Shown here: positions 45,651-56,842 of the stretch, piece after piece
Numbering within the stretch: position 1 is the stretch's first letter
Layout of the letters: each line of letters starts with the position of its first letter
Virus record (IMG/VR): IMGVR_UViG_3300011008_000004
Location: 150,258-214,257 of that record
Strand: one strand, 5' to 3'
From: a virus
Taxonomy: Duplodnaviria > Caudoviricetes
DNA length: 64,000 bases
Notes under the pieces: generated by a model
The model's database searches: none
Told to the model about the DNA's origin: nothing
Seen by the model: the letters and a program-made list of their open reading frames with translations, nothing else
Position numbers and translations under genes: made by a program

Positions 45651-46794
45651 TTAGTCTTTGAAAGGTAATTCTAAAACTGAATTCACAATTCCTAATTCTA
45701 TAAGACCTGAATTTCTAATATTGATGGCTGCATTTACATCTCTATCTAACTTAGAACCACAGTTTGGACAAATCCATTCTCTTACTGAAAGATCTTTTGT
45801 TATGGAATGCTTGCTTCCACAAACATTACAGGTTTGACTTGTTGGATCCCATTTATTTATTTTGTAGAAAACTTTTCCTTTTTCAAATGTTTTGTAAGCT
45901 AGATAAGATCTAAAAAATTCCAAATCCATTATCATGAGTAGATTTTCCTAATTTTAAGCACTGACTTAAACCTTGTAAATCAATATCTTCAACAAAAATA
46001 TAATCAAAATTATCGGTTAATTTACAAGAAAGTTTATGTAAAAAGTCTTTTCTTTGATTTGCTATATGCTCTTGTATATCAGCTATCTTGTCTTTTTGTT
46101 TTTGATAATTAGAAGATCTTAGCTTCATTTTAGAAAGCTTTCGTTGCTCTTTAGCTAACTTATTTTCAGCTTGTCTAAAATATTTTGGATAATTAGCTTT
46201 ATCGCCAAAAGAATCTACATAAAAATCATGACTACTATAATCTAAGCCAATACTTTTACTAACATCTAATTTCTTATTTAATACTTGGCTTTCATATTCA
46301 ATAAGAATTGATATGTAAAATTTATTACTTGAAGTTCGAGTTAGTGTAGCCGACTTTATAATTGCATTCTCAGGTAACCGCCTATGTAATTTAATTCTTA
46401 AACTTTTTATTTTAGGTAATCTTATATGTTTTGAATCTATAATCTTGATTATGTTATTAACATTTGATGTTGTATAAGTTGCACTATCTTTATGCTTGCT
46501 TTTGAATTTAGGAAACCCAGTTTTCGGATTTCGAAAGAAGTTATTATAAGCTTTTTGTAAATTCATTTGCTCATTACATAAGGCATAACTATCTATATCT
46601 TTTAACCAAGAAAATTCGTTTTTGTATCTTGCAGGAGTTACTTGTAAATTTTTCTTTTCAAATTCATAATAAGAAATCTTATCTGCAAGCATCTTATTAT
46701 AAATGAATCTACAAGCGCCAATATTTTGATTTATGAAATTTTCCTATTCCCTAGTTGGATAAACTCTAAATTTAAATCCTTTATTTATGAGCAT
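45651..46794 (-). CDS. tnpB: TnpB RNA-guided nuclease (in-frame TAG at 46744; +1 frameshift at 45912-45917)
   Basis: FKFRVYPTRE*E, GLD (RuvC-I), VED (RuvC-II), CxxC..CPxC, DRDVNAA (RuvC-III). Confidence 0.85.
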
Positions 46795-47044
46795 AAGCTA
46801 AACCTTTATAAAAAAAATAGTTTGAAAAAGATTAAGGTACGGACAAAATCTAATTCAAACTATTAAAAGCTATAAAATATGCTTTCACATATAATATACA
46901 ATATTTAGTTCGTAAAATTGATTTCAAGTGTCCGTACTACTTAAATTCTTTTACATATAATTTAGCTTAAGATTTTAAGTAGATTTTATTAAATTTTTTT
47001 TTGGGCCTATGACTAAAGTCAAAGGATATCTTTTCTAGGTTATA

Positions 47045-47073
47045 ATTATAAAATAAACACATCAATATGTCAA
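47045..47073 (-). promoter_or_regulatory. Consensus sigma70/sigmaA promoter
   Basis: TTGACA-17-TATAAT. Confidence 0.75.
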
Positions 47074-47490
47074 TTAGAATGACCATTTAATCATGCTGAC
47101 AAAATCATCTATCTCAATAATATCAAAATGAAAATCGTTTTTTAATGTCCAATATATTAATTCTTTTAAATTTTCATATAACTCTTTATCGCTATTTACG
47201 TCTTGTAATTCTTTATAGTAATCTTCAGAATTATAGCCAAATAGTTCAAGACATTTATCGCCATTAAAATGCCAACTAATAGAATAGTCATAGTTAAATG
47301 TATTTCTATCACAGAATATCTAACTGTCATCGAATGTTTTAGACATCACATATATAAAAGCGATAGTTAACTTATCACCACCTATACTATATAACTTATC
47401 ACATACGTCTTTTAGTCGCATACTTCTAATGTCATTTAAAAACTATCGCGCACCTTTTGCTTCTAAAAACTTTTCTACTCTATTTGTCAT
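47074..47490 (-). CDS. Hypothetical protein (paralogue family B); missing from the track
   Basis: MTNRVEKFL...IAFIYVMS...YSISWHF; TAG interruptions only. Confidence 0.55.
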
Positions 47491-47939
47491 GATTTCATAA
47501 CTACCTGTGAATCATCTACATATTTATATAAATCTTCAAGTTCTGCTTCACTTATATCAAAATCATAATAATCATGACATGTATTTATGAGCCAATCTTT
47601 TAAAAACAGTTTTAACTCAGCTGTGTTTGTTGGACGTAAATCATCTGGCATCTCTCTATCAAATGGATCAGCACCTATTATAGATATATCTTCTGCTTTG
47701 TCCTTGTATTTCCGCTATAATGTATAGCCGCCACCATAAGGATCATGTTCCCAAAATATTTTATTATGAAAACGATCAGCTTTGGTTAATGCAAAAGCAA
47801 TAGAAATCACTAATTGTTGACTATTTTTAGGGACATTCCATAAATAATTGCTTATATAACCGCCATCATAATCGTCCATATGATTTAAAAAATATATGTT
47901 ATCTTTATTCTTTAAAAAATTTTCTAAAGTTTTCTTCAT
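47487..47939 (-). CDS. Hypothetical protein (paralogue family B)
   Basis: MKKTLENFL...IAFALTKAD; TAG 47715. Confidence 0.55.
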
Positions 47940-47941
47940 AA

Positions 47942-48367
47942 TTACTGTACACCATTTACTAAATGTTGGCAACCCATCCATTCATTCTCTGTAAATTCAA
48001 ATGAAAATTGAAATGCATTACTTAATACATCAAATAAGTATTCTTCAATAGGTTGATTAGCATCATCTCTGTCTCTAATGTCTGCAGATAGTAACGATAT
48101 ATTCCATTTATTACAATGCCATAATAAATCATATTCATTAGGATACATTTTAGAACGTTTCCAACTTATCACATTTCTAAATGGATCTGCATAAGCCATC
48201 ACAAAGGCTAAAGCTACTAAAGATGGTGATGTCTAAGTGTCTTCATCATAGTCATAAGACTTAAAAAATTTATAAAAATCTTCATAACTAGTTGTATCAT
48301 ATATGCCATCTACAAATTGCTTACTTTCAGGCTTATCTCTAAAAAGCTACTATAATGTTCCCTTCAT
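47942..48367 (-). CDS. Hypothetical protein (paralogue family B) with tandem TAG TAG near the start
   Basis: MKGTL**LFRD...AFAFVMAYAD. Confidence 0.55.
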
Positions 48368-48369
48368 AC

Positions 48370-49107
48370 TCATCTTGTAACATATTCCTTTAAATTACCT
48401 TCACCATCACTACAAGTAACTTTTGATATTTTAGTGCCACTAAATGTATTAGGTCTAAATTCCACTTTCTTAAATTCTTCTAAAGTGCCACTATATTTAA
48501 ATTCTTCTAATTCTGGATTTTTAGAAAAAGCATTCCATCCAATATATTCACAAGACTTTCCTAATGTTAAACTTTTTAAGTGTTGGTTATAAAAAGCTTG
48601 ATCTGAAATTCTTTTTACCTTGTCTAATACTAAATTCTCTATCTCAGCGCCTTCTTCGGTTAAATGAACATCACCCTGATTTAGTCTGTCTAAACCAACT
48701 ATCTATGCATAAGCATTTAAGTCACCTATAATATTAACTGTTTTATCTTTAAAACAATTATCAAACGCCCCAACACTTATACTTTTTAGATTAGCAGGTA
48801 TAGTTATATTTTCCAAATCAGCATTACCTTTAAATGCATGTTTACCAATGCTTCTAACGCCTTCTTTTATAACTATATTTTTCATACTTATATTTTCAAC
48901 AAAACCTTCAGGTATATTCACTAAATTGCTATTTAAAGGATTAATACCTGCTGATATAAATATCTCAGTTATAGTTTTAGCTTCGCTGCCTCCAAAATAA
49001 GTATCACTAAACTAATAAACTTTTGCCATATCATTTAAGTTTATAGCATCAACGATATCTTCTCTTTCTAAATATTTAATTATATATTCTGGAATTTTGT
49101 CTATCAT
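48370..49107 (-). CDS. BspA-type LRR protein
   Basis: AGINPL...IPEG, IGKHAF, IGWNAF; ends TCSDG; TAG read-through. Confidence 0.75.
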
Positions 49108-49829
49108 TATAACTTAAAATCTCCATCTGTGCAATGAACTATTGGATTTTTCTGATTACCAAATGGTTCAGCTCCTGTTAGTTCTATATGATTAAAATCA
49201 TTTTGTGAACCTTCATATTCTACATATAAATCATGTTGATTAAAAGCCCATTGACCTATATTTGTAACAGATTTAGGAATAATAACCCTATTTAATATTG
49301 CGCCAGAAAAAGCCTATGTATCAATACATTTGCATTCATTACTAAGTCTCAAGGTGTCAAGGTTTATATCGCTACCTTCATCACTAGCGGTAGCGATTAT
49401 GTGTTGATTGCTCTCATTACCAATATAACTTACACCATACTTGTCTTTTGACAGCCTTTGTTTAAATTCATTAGGAAATACAAATTTATCTAAAAACTCT
49501 ATATTACTTGACATTCTAACATTATTTAAATTAGTGCATAATCCAAACGCCAAACTACGTATAATTTTAATGTTGTCAGGAATATAGATACCTGAAATTT
49601 TAGAATTATATAAATAACCTTCAGGAATAATAGACATGTGACTCAATGGATCTATGTCAGATTTATATAACAAGTCTGTAAATAAGCCTGTTTCAAACAT
49701 ATTATTAGATGTAGCTATTTGCGCTTCATACAGAGTTAAAAAATCATTACTATTCAATAATGAGATAATATTAGGATTATCTAAAAACTTTTCAATGTTT
49801 ATATAATGCTCTTCGTCGAAAAAATCCAT
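49107..49829 (-). CDS. BspA-type LRR protein
   Basis: DIDPL...IPEGY, IPKSVTNIGQWAF; ends HCTDG. Confidence 0.75.
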
Positions 49830-51901
49830 TATTTATTTCTCACTAATGCTTCTATATTATCATAATCGCTATTACTTAAAGCGCGCAATCTATGATTACC
49901 ATCTAAAACTATAAATTTGTTATTTATTTTAGCCAATCTAATAGGTTCTAATCTTGAGCCATAGTAATCTTTGTTAATATCATATCTGTATAATTCAGGA
50001 TCTTCACCCCAAATTTCTGTTCTTCTAGTTTTCATACTGTCATCGTGTAAATTATCTGTATCTTGTAAAACATCTTTTAATGACACAAGTTCTTTATGAT
50101 AGTTTGGATAGTATTTACTTAAGTAATATGAATTAATATCATCAGGAAGTTTTAAGGTCTTCTCATCTGATTCTTGTATTGATTCTTTCTTATTTCGTCT
50201 ATTCCAATATGAATAAGCAACTGCAAGTCTCTGTTTCTGACTTGGATATTCATCCTTTGTCACTGACATAAATCTTGAAATAAAATCTTCCTTTGATTCA
50301 CCTTTCTTAGGATACACTTCATCCAACACTTGTTCGTACAATTCACCTGAAGAATAATATCTTTTAATTCTTTTTATAATATCATCAGGAATATATTCAT
50401 GTAAATCATATTTAACATAACTATTTTTATCATTATTTATAAATACTTGAACATAAGCTTGATGTTTACTTACATAGTCTAGCCATCTTAGTAATGAATC
50501 ATATTGAGCACTACTTAACTTAGAATCGTTAAGAGATACATAACATCTTTCCTCTTCTTCTGATAAACCATCATTTACTCTAAGCCAATTGTAGTCATGT
50601 TCAATAACTCTCATGTAATAATCACAATCATATTTTAAATCATTATCTAATAAAAAGTCATAAAATAAATTAGCATGAATATCATTATTATTTTCTAATA
50701 TGCTTATAAATTTGCCATTAGGTAAAATATATGCAGGTCCAGTAGGAATTTCATCTGTAGTACTTATATAATCTAAAAGACTATCATATGTGTCAGATAC
50801 GCCTTCAGTTAATTTACGTTCATATTTTTTAATTACACTAAGATTCCAAATTTGATATTGAATAGCGTTACCAAAATCTTCTTTTAACCATTTAACGCCA
50901 TCATAACCTTTAGCTTCTAAATCAATCTTAGCAGCTAACTGCAAACACCAAGACCAATAATCATACCAACAGAAATTATTTCCAGCATATTTTTCTACTC
51001 TATCATTTATCTTATTTTGCTGTTCTTTAGTTAGCTTAGTGAATTGACTTAGAGACTCTATATCACCATACATTCCAAAATATTTCTTAAATTCAGGATA
51101 CGTTTTATCATATAAATTAAAATCATTGCAATAAGCATCTGAAGATTCATATTCAAATATCTTAGCATCATTTGATAATGAATATTTAGTTACGTCACCC
51201 CAACCTGTAACACTACTTCGTTTATTGCTAAAGAATAGTCCAGATGGAGCTTGACCAGTTTTCTTACTTAACGTATTAGCAGATTCTCCTCTATAGATAT
51301 ATAAAGGTATAGACTTTGTTTTCACTTCAAAACCTTTATCATCTCTTATGATATAAGATCTTGGACCCATCGCTTGAACTTCAGCTTTAGCATCTTCTAA
51401 ATCATCGGTTTCATAGACAACATTACCATAAATCTTATGTTCAACTGTGTAAGATTCTTTTATAGTTAAGTTGGTAACCCATTTAGGTTCTATTCTATCT
51501 AAAATTATTTGAGGCGTATCACAATCTTCAATATTATGATTTTTACTTAAAGATTCTTTTATAGCTTCCATAGTGTCTTTATCACATTCTTCAGGAAATT
51601 GTGTGAAATACAAATAATCTGTCCAATCATAATACTCTGTTACAAAGCATTCATCATCTGGCACGTTTAACTCTAAATAAACATTATTTTTAGTTTTTTC
51701 TAAACCTGAAGATTCTATAGTTTCATCTTCATCTATAGGAGCACAAAAAATAGGACAATCACTAAAACCCGCAAATTTTGCTAATTGTCTATACTGCTTT
51801 TTATAGTTAGTATCAAATATACGACTATAATCTGCTCTATAAATTTTGTTTTTCTATAAAAGTTCTAAAACTTTCTTATGTTGTAATGTAAGTAATTTCA
51901 T
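49829..51901 (-). CDS. Polyvalent-like multidomain protein (DUF3841-like, ART-like, shared domain, ParB-like)
   Basis: Extended through a TAG to MKLLTLQH; IYRGE...GLFFS...YDGV; YILPNG..RYYSSG domain; LDGNHRLRAL. Confidence 0.6.
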
Positions 51902-51910
51902 TATTCACCT

Positions 51911-52423
51911 TTATGAATTTATAACGCCATCTTGAATTAATTGATTTAAACTTTTAGTTACGTCTGTAAATTTAAACATACGTGTTTGCATAGTAAACAC
52001 ATCGTCATCAAAACATCTAAATTCAAATTGAATTTTACTAAATTCTTCTAATGTTCCATCATATTCAATTGTACGTAGATTATCGCTATGAGCCAAAGTC
52101 ATAGTTCCTATATACTTCACACTTTTAGGTATAAATAAATATTCTAAACCTGAAGTTTTATAGAAAGCATAATCACCTATACTTGTTACGCCTTCTGGTA
52201 TTTCAAAACCCTTTTCCATTTTCATATGTGCATAATATGAACCAGGAATAGTATCAGTTTCTTTAATAAAATCAAATCCTGCAGATCTCATTATAACGTA
52301 AAACTAACTAATATGATTAGTGTAGATTAAGTCTTTTTCGGTTTTAGCACATAAATAACTAAAATCTGCTCTGTTTATAGCGTCTTCATTATCTTCTATA
52401 AATTTTAAGACTCGTTGATTCAT
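51911..52423 (-). CDS. BspA-type LRR protein
   Basis: IPEGVTSIGDYAF, IPKSVKYIG; extended through a TAG to ATG 52423. Confidence 0.8.
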
Positions 52424-52520
52424 CTCGTAATTCCTATTATAACACAAAAATATATGCAATTATGCATATACTTAATTTAGCTTCTAGTGTCATATATAAG
52501 ACTTATATCTATAAATTATG

Positions 52521-52682
52521 TCAAATCTTAACTTCTTCAACTACTTTAAAATCTATAGGATCACAAGGTTTCATCTGTTGTGTGTTAATTAAAGTGTTTT
52601 TAACTGATTCTATAGCGTCTTCTTCAGATGAGGCGTCTATTTCAACTATTTTAGTTGTTATAATTTCTACTAAATATCTCAT
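52521..52682 (-). CDS. Small DpnD/PcfM-like protein
   Basis: MRYLVEIITTKIVEIDASSEEDAIESV. Confidence 0.5.
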   Translation of the reverse strand: MRYLVEIITTKIVEIDASSEEDAIESVKNTLINTQQMKPCDPIDFKVVEEVKI

Positions 52683-52689
52683 TTCTTCC

Positions 52690-52770
52690 TATTTCCGGAA
52701 ATCACATATATTTAAATTATATAATATTTATATATTTTATATTAATGTATAAAGCTTATTTCCGGAAATA
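52690..52770. other. Paired TATTTCCGGAA sites flanking an A/T core (copy 2)
   Basis: TTCCGGAA at 52693-52700 and 52760-52767. Confidence 0.6.
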
Positions 52771-52794
52771 AACTAAACATTAATAAACAGTTTA

Positions 52795-53127
52795 TTAACT
52801 AAGCAACGTATCTTTACTCTCGCTCATCTTATCAATATCTTCATTAGATAAATCTTCATTGTACATAGCTTCTAAAACCTTTTCTAATGACATTGATACT
52901 TGAAAGTCAGCATCTGTTTTAGTTAAATAAGCTAAATGTAAAAAATTTTCAGGTAAATCTTCATTTATAAAGTTATTAGTAACTATAACTCTATACTCAC
53001 CTTCATCATCAGTATAGCGATTGCTATAATCATGCCAAATGTCAGCAATATATGTTAATAAATCTGAACTATCAATTTCAGTTAAATCATCATTGTCTTC
53101 AACTTTCCATAATGTGTATTTATACAT
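52795..53127 (-). CDS. Hypothetical acidic protein
   Basis: Intact ORF with GAGG RBS. Confidence 0.55.
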   Translation of the reverse strand: MYKYTLWKVEDNDDLTEIDSSDLLTYIADIWHDYSNRYTDDEGEYRVIVTNNFINEDLPENFLHLAYLTKTDADFQVSMSLEKVLEAMYNEDLSNEDIDKMSESKDTLLS

Positions 53128-53221
53128 TTTGTGACCTCATTTATCTTCTTAATAAGAATAATCATTTAGTAACATCAAGTTCCTATAATGTCATTCTATG
53201 AACTTCTATAGTGGTTGTATG

Positions 53222-53554
53222 TTAGAAAACGTATATCATAAGTTGTTTAAATGTAAATTGTGTATTTTCACACATTATAGTTGCTAATCCCACGTACATT
53301 GACAACAATTTATTGTTAGATGCGTTAAGAATCTTTTCAGCACCACCAAATACTTCATGATATATAGTATCTGCTTTATCTTTTTCATCCAAACAAGCGC
53401 TACTGAATTTTATAGCTTCCCACATCTTATTTATTTTTTCAAATAAATATATGCTTGAAATGAAATTAGCACCTTTTAAAAATTTTATAAACAGTTTATT
53501 AAATTTATCTATATACTTGATTCTATTTTTCATTAATTTTTTAACTTCAAACAT
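53222..53554 (-). CDS. Hypothetical protein
   Basis: Intact ORF. Confidence 0.5.
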   Translation of the reverse strand: MFEVKKLMKNRIKYIDKFNKLFIKFLKGANFISSIYLFEKINKMWEAIKFSSACLDEKDKADTIYHEVFGGAEKILNASNNKLLSMYVGLATIMCENTQFTFKQLMIYVF

Positions 53555-53556
53555 GT

Positions 53557-54237
53557 TTAATCCTCACTTTTAATCAAGACTTCCATAATTTCTTTGGTAG
53601 TTTTATGCTTACCACAACTTCTACTTTTAGTTTCATTGCAGTAAGGAATTTCGTGTGATTCACATTTTGGAACTAAAAATTTCGCTAATTCTGGAGCTAC
53701 TTCATTTACTTCTTTCTTCATTGCTTGTGCTAATTGTCTAATTTCCCATTGAGCACAAGCGCATAATCTTTCATTACAAAAATGAATCAGTTCTCTTAAA
53801 TTCATTTTTACACATATTTCAGTTTCACAGGCATTAGGTAATACATATCTAGCATCTTCTGCAGGTATACCTCTATCTAAAAATTCTTTATATACATTCT
53901 GAATTGTTTTAATCATAGTTTCATATAAAGCTAAATTTGCACAATCTCTAGATATAGAATTAGGAATTATATATTCAAACCCATCTTCTTTACAATATCT
54001 TTGACTTCTTTGAGCATAACTAGCACATCTATGTCTTACTAATTGATGCGTTAATGCTCTACTTACTCCACTAATCTTAAATGTAAAGTCAGCAAATTCT
54101 AAAACTGAATGATGACCTGATTTGTAACAGTGTCTCATTATTTTGCCATCAGTTATATCTGAATCGTAACATGTACTAGCTGCTTTTTCAATTGTAGTAA
54201 TTGGATCTTGTGTGTAACTTAATAATTCTACTTTCAT
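53557..54237 (-). CDS. thyX: Flavin-dependent thymidylate synthase
   Basis: GHHSVLEF, HQLVRHRCASYAQRSQRY, EDARYVLP, AQWEIR. Confidence 0.95.
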   Translation of the reverse strand: MKVELLSYTQDPITTIEKAASTCYDSDITDGKIMRHCYKSGHHSVLEFADFTFKISGVSRALTHQLVRHRCASYAQRSQRYCKEDGFEYIIPNSISRDCANLALYETMIKTIQNVYKEFLDRGIPAEDARYVLPNACETEICVKMNLRELIHFCNERLCACAQWEIRQLAQAMKKEVNEVAPELAKFLVPKCESHEIPYCNETKSRSCGKHKTTKEIMEVLIKSED

Positions 54238-55190
54238 TTATTTTGTCCTTTATCTGTGCCACTTGCAATTTTATCGTAATTAGCAAACTCTATAAGATTA
54301 TTATACAAACTATCGCCAAATAGCTTTCTGTATTTAATTTCTGCTTTACCGCCAATGATATCATTATGTGCTCTCATATGCCAATTCACAAAGAATAAAA
54401 TTTTAAGATAAATTTCATCTATTAGATTAGCATTTAATACTTCCGGATGTGTAAGCAAGTAATAAGTTCCAACATTATCATGACTATAGTAATGCGCTAC
54501 GCCATTTTCGTCTATCATTTGTGTAAAATATTTGCCTATGTCATGAACTAAACCTGCGGCATTCATATACTTATCTTCATAGTTCTGTGCAAGTAATTCA
54601 CAATGTTTGTCTAACGTATAGATATGGTGAAAATTCTTTTGATCATAACCTTTCATAAAATCAGGAACATTTACAATATAGTCGCCATAAAGCTGAAACG
54701 GTCTTTCTATTATGATTTTATCCCAGCCTTCAAAATATTGTGGCATTTGAAAACTATGCTCAAATTTTCTAATTACTGCTTCTCCAACAGTTCTAGTTCT
54801 TTTAGCATCTCTTTCAACACAATCTTCAACTGTTGTTGGAACTACTACGCATATCTTATATACATCCAACTTTTCTAAAAGTCTTAAAGTTTTTTGTCTC
54901 GTTTTCAATGTAGTATTAGTAGCATCATAAATGATGTCTTTATCATTCATTAAATCGTTTATCATGTCGCCATTCATAACTGCGAAAACGTGTTCATTTT
55001 GAGATTGATCATTTTCATCACCTAATAGTTTAAGTCTATAATTATCAGATGAATATATTTTAATATTAATTCTCTTATTAATTTCATTAGCGATATAAGA
55101 TTTGCCTGAACCAGGAAGTCCTACCATCATAATAAATATAGGTTTATTATAATAATTAAACGTATCAACCAATGCATCAATTATTTTCAT
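54234..55190 (-). CDS. Polynucleotide kinase (AAA_33) plus HD-domain protein
   Basis: GLPGSGKS, DATN, then VHDIGK...HDNVG...WHM. Confidence 0.85.
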   Translation of the reverse strand: MKIIDALVDTFNYYNKPIFIMMVGLPGSGKSYIANEINKRINIKIYSSDNYRLKLLGDENDQSQNEHVFAVMNGDMINDLMNDKDIIYDATNTTLKTRQKTLRLLEKLDVYKICVVVPTTVEDCVERDAKRTRTVGEAVIRKFEHSFQMPQYFEGWDKIIIERPFQLYGDYIVNVPDFMKGYDQKNFHHIYTLDKHCELLAQNYEDKYMNAAGLVHDIGKYFTQMIDENGVAHYYSHDNVGTYYLLTHPEVLNANLIDEIYLKILFFVNWHMRAHNDIIGGKAEIKYRKLFGDSLYNNLIEFANYDKIASGTDKGQNK

Positions 55191-55494
55191 TTCTCTTCTC
55201 CATTATAGTTTTCATTTCATCTAATTCTTTCTGTCGCTTCTCGGCTCTCTTTTTAGCACGTAATTCTTGTTTAGCTTGTTCTTCAGGTGTAAGTACTTTT
55301 TCATAATTTTGAGTTCTATTATGATATTCATTATGTTCTTCTAATGACCACAGATATTTACAAGTTTTTATATCATCTTTGCACCTTACATCACAATCTT
55401 TTATACTGCAAAAGTTACAACATAAATATTCTTTATCTGGCTTTTTACAAGAATTAGACCAAGCGCAATATATCTTTTCACTTCTTTCTTTCAT
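55177..55494 (-). CDS. Cys-rich hypothetical protein
   Basis: Eight Cys followed by a coiled coil. Confidence 0.5.
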   Translation of the reverse strand: MKERSEKIYCAWSNSCKKPDKEYLCCNFCSIKDCDVRCKDDIKTCKYLWSLEEHNEYHNRTQNYEKVLTPEEQAKQELRAKKRAEKRQKELDEMKTIMEKRNENN

Positions 55495-55515
55495 ACTAAA
55501 CTTCCTTATATAGAT

Positions 55516-55560
55516 ATCTTAACTTATATAAAATAAAAAGTCAACTAATTTTAGTTGACT
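55516..55560 (-). promoter_or_regulatory. Terminator/-35 composite (TTGACT-17-TAAGAT)
   Basis: AGTCAACTAA/TTAGTTGACT stem. Confidence 0.65.
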
Positions 55561-55567
55561 TCCTTAA

Positions 55568-56381
55568 TTACTTATATCTGTTTTCACGAAAAAATTCAAA
55601 TTCTTCATGATGTTTTTCTTTTGAAAACTCCATTGCATCAGCTATAAGTTGTGCTACGCCTTCGTTATCTGTCCAAGTTAAAATTTGACCTGTTGTAACA
55701 TACGTAACTGGTAATAGAATATATTCTTCATATTCACCATTATGATCATCGTATTCATAAACAAGAGGTATGTATCTTTTACGTTCTTTGTCATATTTAT
55801 ACTTACCAGTAAATGATAGTTTCATTACACCCCAATGTGCCCAACAGCAAACTAAATATATGTTAGGAAGATTATTTACATATTTTATATTTTTATCAGT
55901 TATCTTTAGAAACTTTTTCATCTTTAAGTTCCTCTTTCATATATTTAACTAATTCACTTATTTTAATTTTAGTGTCATCTCTAGTAGGTATAAATATAGC
56001 TTTAATGTTATATTGATCAGTACACCTTTTTAAATTGTTGCATAAAGACATCACATTATCTTTAGTCGTATTACCTACATTAAATTCAAATACATACACT
56101 TTGCTTGTATCTAATTCTGATATCTTAGATAACACTTCTTCATTTATTTGTATAATTGTTGTTTCTAATTCAGTCATATTTTAAACTCCATAACTTTTAG
56201 AATCATCTTCAATTGTGTAAATAATTCTAAAATTACCTTTAGTTGTTTCTATAATTTCTTTAATTATTGCACCTCGTCTTTCGTATGTATTTAGTACATC
56301 TTCTAACGTTTCGCTTGTGTTATCATATTCAGCATCAACTGCTGGACCAATGCAATAATTATCAACTTTCCAAATTTTCAT
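55568..56381 (-). CDS. Three small hypothetical proteins (55568..55921, 55896..56177, 56181..56381)
   Basis: Tightly packed intact TAG-free ORFs. Confidence 0.5.
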
Positions 56382-56416
56382 ATATAACTCCTACATTTTA
56401 ATATACAAAAAGCTGA

Positions 56417-56830
56417 TCACTTCTGATCAGCTTTTATACATCTTTGTCTTAAATTTGTTGAAGATTCATTATGTGGTCTAGGAATAATAACTACTTCAAT
56501 TCCCTTTTCTTTTTCATAATCATCGCCAGTGTAGCCACCTTTATGATCTGCGCCAATAAATCTTATATTATAATTAGTAGTTTGCAATAGTAGCAATAAA
56601 TCTTTTTCTCCAACATATGGTATAACTTTATCTATGTATTTGCAACTATCTAATCGAGTAAATCTTTCATACACTGATTCTATAGGTTTATTTTTATTTG
56701 GATTATCTATAGTTGGATCACAATTCATTGCGGCTATAAGATAATCACATTTACTTTTAGCGTATTCTAACGCTTTAATATGACCAGTGTGTAAAAGATC
56801 GCCAACCATTGGAAATATTCCTATTTTCAT
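56417..56830 (-). CDS. HIGH-family cytidylyl/adenylyltransferase (TagD-like)
   Basis: DLLHTGH, GAD and SST motifs. Confidence 0.8.
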   Translation of the reverse strand: MKIGIFPMVGDLLHTGHIKALEYAKSKCDYLIAAMNCDPTIDNPNKNKPIESVYERFTRLDSCKYIDKVIPYVGEKDLLLLLQTTNYNIRFIGADHKGGYTGDDYEKEKGIEVVIIPRPHNESSTNLRQRCIKADQK

Positions 56831-56842
56831 TTAGTCTCCTAT

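Larger units (their letters stand above)
45543..47030 (-). mobile_element. IS200/IS605-family solo-TnpB element
   Basis: Left-end hairpin CCTTTGACTTTAGTCATAGG (about 47004-47023); right end ...GGAAGCCGATTGCTTTAGCTATTGGTAGTTCA; no tnpA seen. Confidence 0.75.

Noticed and set aside
46800-47030. tnpA transposase upstream of tnpB
   Set aside because: No ORF with a HUH/Y1 or serine-recombinase motif; the region is non-coding leader
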